Shown: positions 62,823 to 64,000 of the stretch, piece by piece | Numbering within the stretch: position 1 is the stretch's first letter | Layout of the letters: the number at the start of each line of letters is the position of its first letter | NCBI GenBank assembly: GCA_002753505.1 | Contig: PEAG01000004.1 | Coordinates: 47,785-111,784 of the forward strand | Length of the DNA stretch: 64,000 bases | Direction: 5' to 3' | From: Magnetococcales bacterium HCHbin5 | GTDB lineage: Bacteria; Pseudomonadota; Magnetococcia; Magnetococcales; Magnetaquicoccaceae | Translations under genes and position numbers: made by a program | Notes under the pieces: generated by a model | Told to the model about the DNA's origin: nothing | What the model saw: the letters and a program-made list of their open reading frames with translations, nothing else | Databases searched by the model: none

Positions 62823-62956
62823 AATTTGTATCCCGTTTGCAGTCTGTTCGAGGATTCTGCACTGAAAAACGTATCTCAAATGTAGCGCGTTTTTGGCAGA
62901 TCTGCAAGCGGTTATCCAGCCAGGAGCGACACACTCAGTGTCCATTCTTTCCTCCA

Positions 62957-63220
62957 TCAGTGACATTTCGGGCATGTTCGATTTGGCCAAACCGGAAAGC
63001 AACCTCTGGCCCTCCAGAACGTGAAAGGCACGCCGCAATTGCGGCAATCAGCCGTCCACTCATCCAAAACACTGATTGCCCCGTCCACGCGCACATATGG
63101 CTTTTCTTCGGTGCGACGGTAAACCATGCCGCCGTTCAACGTCTCGGACGCAACCGGTTGCGGTCTCCCGCCAATGCCGGTGAAATGCCCATCCACCGTA
63201 ACCCAAACCAATGCCGTCAT
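62957..63220 (-). CDS. small zinc-ribbon protein (phage-associated)
   Basis: The ATG at 63220 overlaps the upstream stop (ATGA). C-terminal CRNCG...CPKCH. Confidence 0.45.
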   Translation of the reverse strand: MTALVWVTVDGHFTGIGGRPQPVASETLNGGMVYRRTEEKPYVRVDGAISVLDEWTADCRNCGVPFTFWRARGCFPVWPNRTCPKCH

Positions 63221-63870
63221 CCTTCTGACTCCCATAAAAGCCTCTGTTCGTTTGAAAAAATCATATCTTTTTGTAGCGTTTGCCGTGCTTTGAACCGCCC
63301 AACCTCGAAAACCGCCGCATCCTGTGTCAGCTCCACCAGGGTTTTGTCGGTGTCGGCCAAAGCCATCAACAACCCCGCCGCATCAAACCGTTTGGTTGGG
63401 CTGTCCAAATGTACGCCGAAAACTTGCCCAGTCGTCCAGCCCAATTCAGCCGCCGTGACCGCCCAACGGTCTGCGAATGCGCCAGCAACATGCACGATGC
63501 CCGCCCATCGCTTGGGATCAAAGCCAGACGGCCTTGGCATGGTGCAGAGTCGCGCCAGACCTTCGGCCCACTGGCGGGGGATGCCGCCGTCAAACTCGAT
63601 GATAGCCGCCCGCTCCTCGAAGTCGTCCAGGGTGGAAGCATCGGCCTCCGTGCAGTCCTGGGTGTCGTCCGGTACCGCCAGGGTGGTTTCCCGGTCATTC
63701 GCCCCCCCATGCCGCAGCAATTCCACCAGTGCGGTCTTGCTGGCCTTGATCATGGCCCTTGCCTCATCGGTGATGGCTTCGGGTGGTGTCGCCCGGATGA
63801 TGTCGCCTTCCAGGAGAAAGAGTGTCAGCCCGGCATCCCGCAGCATTTCAAAAACCTGTTGCGCGCCCAT
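63217..63870 (-). CDS. phage/plasmid-associated protein with a TubC_N-like N-terminal domain
   Basis: N-terminus LRDAGLTLFLLEGDIIRATPPEAITDEARAMIKASKTALVELL resembles the TubC_N docking-domain pattern. The FEERAAIIEFDGGIPRQWAEGLARL motif is common in phage replication-module proteins. Confidence 0.45.
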   Translation of the reverse strand: MGAQQVFEMLRDAGLTLFLLEGDIIRATPPEAITDEARAMIKASKTALVELLRHGGANDRETTLAVPDDTQDCTEADASTLDDFEERAAIIEFDGGIPRQWAEGLARLCTMPRPSGFDPKRWAGIVHVAGAFADRWAVTAAELGWTTGQVFGVHLDSPTKRFDAAGLLMALADTDKTLVELTQDAAVFEVGRFKARQTLQKDMIFSNEQRLLWESEG

Positions 63871-64000
63871 CGTTAAAAATCCTCGCCGTCTGGAATAGCG
63901 TTTTGCGGGATATATGTCCTAACCATCCCAACCGTCCTAACCTCATCTAAGCCGTTGTTTTCATTGTTTGCAGGTTGGGACACTACCCCAGGTGTCAATG

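Noticed and set aside
1-64000. Looked for CRISPR arrays, rRNA genes, IS transposases, a type I secretion ABC transporter for the giant RTX protein, and recognisable dedicated defence systems (restriction-modification, CBASS, retron-type).
   Set aside because: I recognised none in any frame. The only defence-like modules are the two MNT/HEPN toxin-antitoxin pairs.

Overview
This is a G+C-rich chromosomal segment from a Gram-negative, Pseudomonadota-like bacterium. By eye most of it is roughly 55-60% G+C. I cannot assign a species from the sequence alone. Genes are densely packed, and many adjacent genes overlap start and stop codons (ATGA, GTGA, TTGA), which suggests translational coupling.

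Gene content from left to right:
- A sensor-kinase-like gene with a sigma54-type response regulator, an NhaD antiporter, a HEPN/MNT toxin-antitoxin pair, and a DUF389 membrane protein.
- A long minus-strand run (6.7-16.3 kb): TolC-like outer-membrane factor, three HlyD-type adaptor genes (one fused to an M50 site-2-protease domain), a NodB deacetylase, an EF-hand protein, and an ECF sigma / anti-sigma / Spy-like trio.
- A divergent gene for a roughly 1500-aa DUF4347 / FG-GAP / RTX protein.
- A minus-strand trio: small secreted protein, periplasmic-binding-protein::pentameric ligand-gated ion channel fusion, and a divergent MCP.
- A heme-sensor hybrid kinase, then a Cache adenylate/guanylate cyclase, then an MBL-fold hydrolase.
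- A B12-riboswitch-controlled cbiF-cbiX-cbiC-cbiD operon.
- A membrane Ser/Thr kinase, a Sel1 protein, a thioredoxin-like protein and apbC.
- rnfABCDGE, followed by a stand-alone cNMP-binding protein.
- A block of tandem and inverted palindromic repeats.
- An FAD oxidoreductase, batA-batB-batD, cobU-cobT-cobS, a FimV/HubP-like protein and an orphan CbiQ/EcfT.
- A second MNT/HEPN pair, recN, tRNA-Thr(CGT), and a phage-like module with no integrase in view.

Best candidates for something undescribed:
1. The ABC-less TolC/HlyD operon centred on the M50::HlyD fusion (9.5-16.3 kb).
2. The PBP::pLGIC channel, which appears to be co-transcribed with a chemoreceptor (21.0-24.9 kb).
3. The dispersed palindromic repeat family, with a 108-bp tandem array and a 443-bp long-inverted-repeat element (45.1-45.8 kb). 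Degenerate copies sit just upstream of both toxin-antitoxin modules.

Limits: start codons were chosen by hand from the ORF track, Shine-Dalgarno spacing and overlap logic, and may be off by a few codons. All family calls come from motif recognition in the translations, not from database searches.
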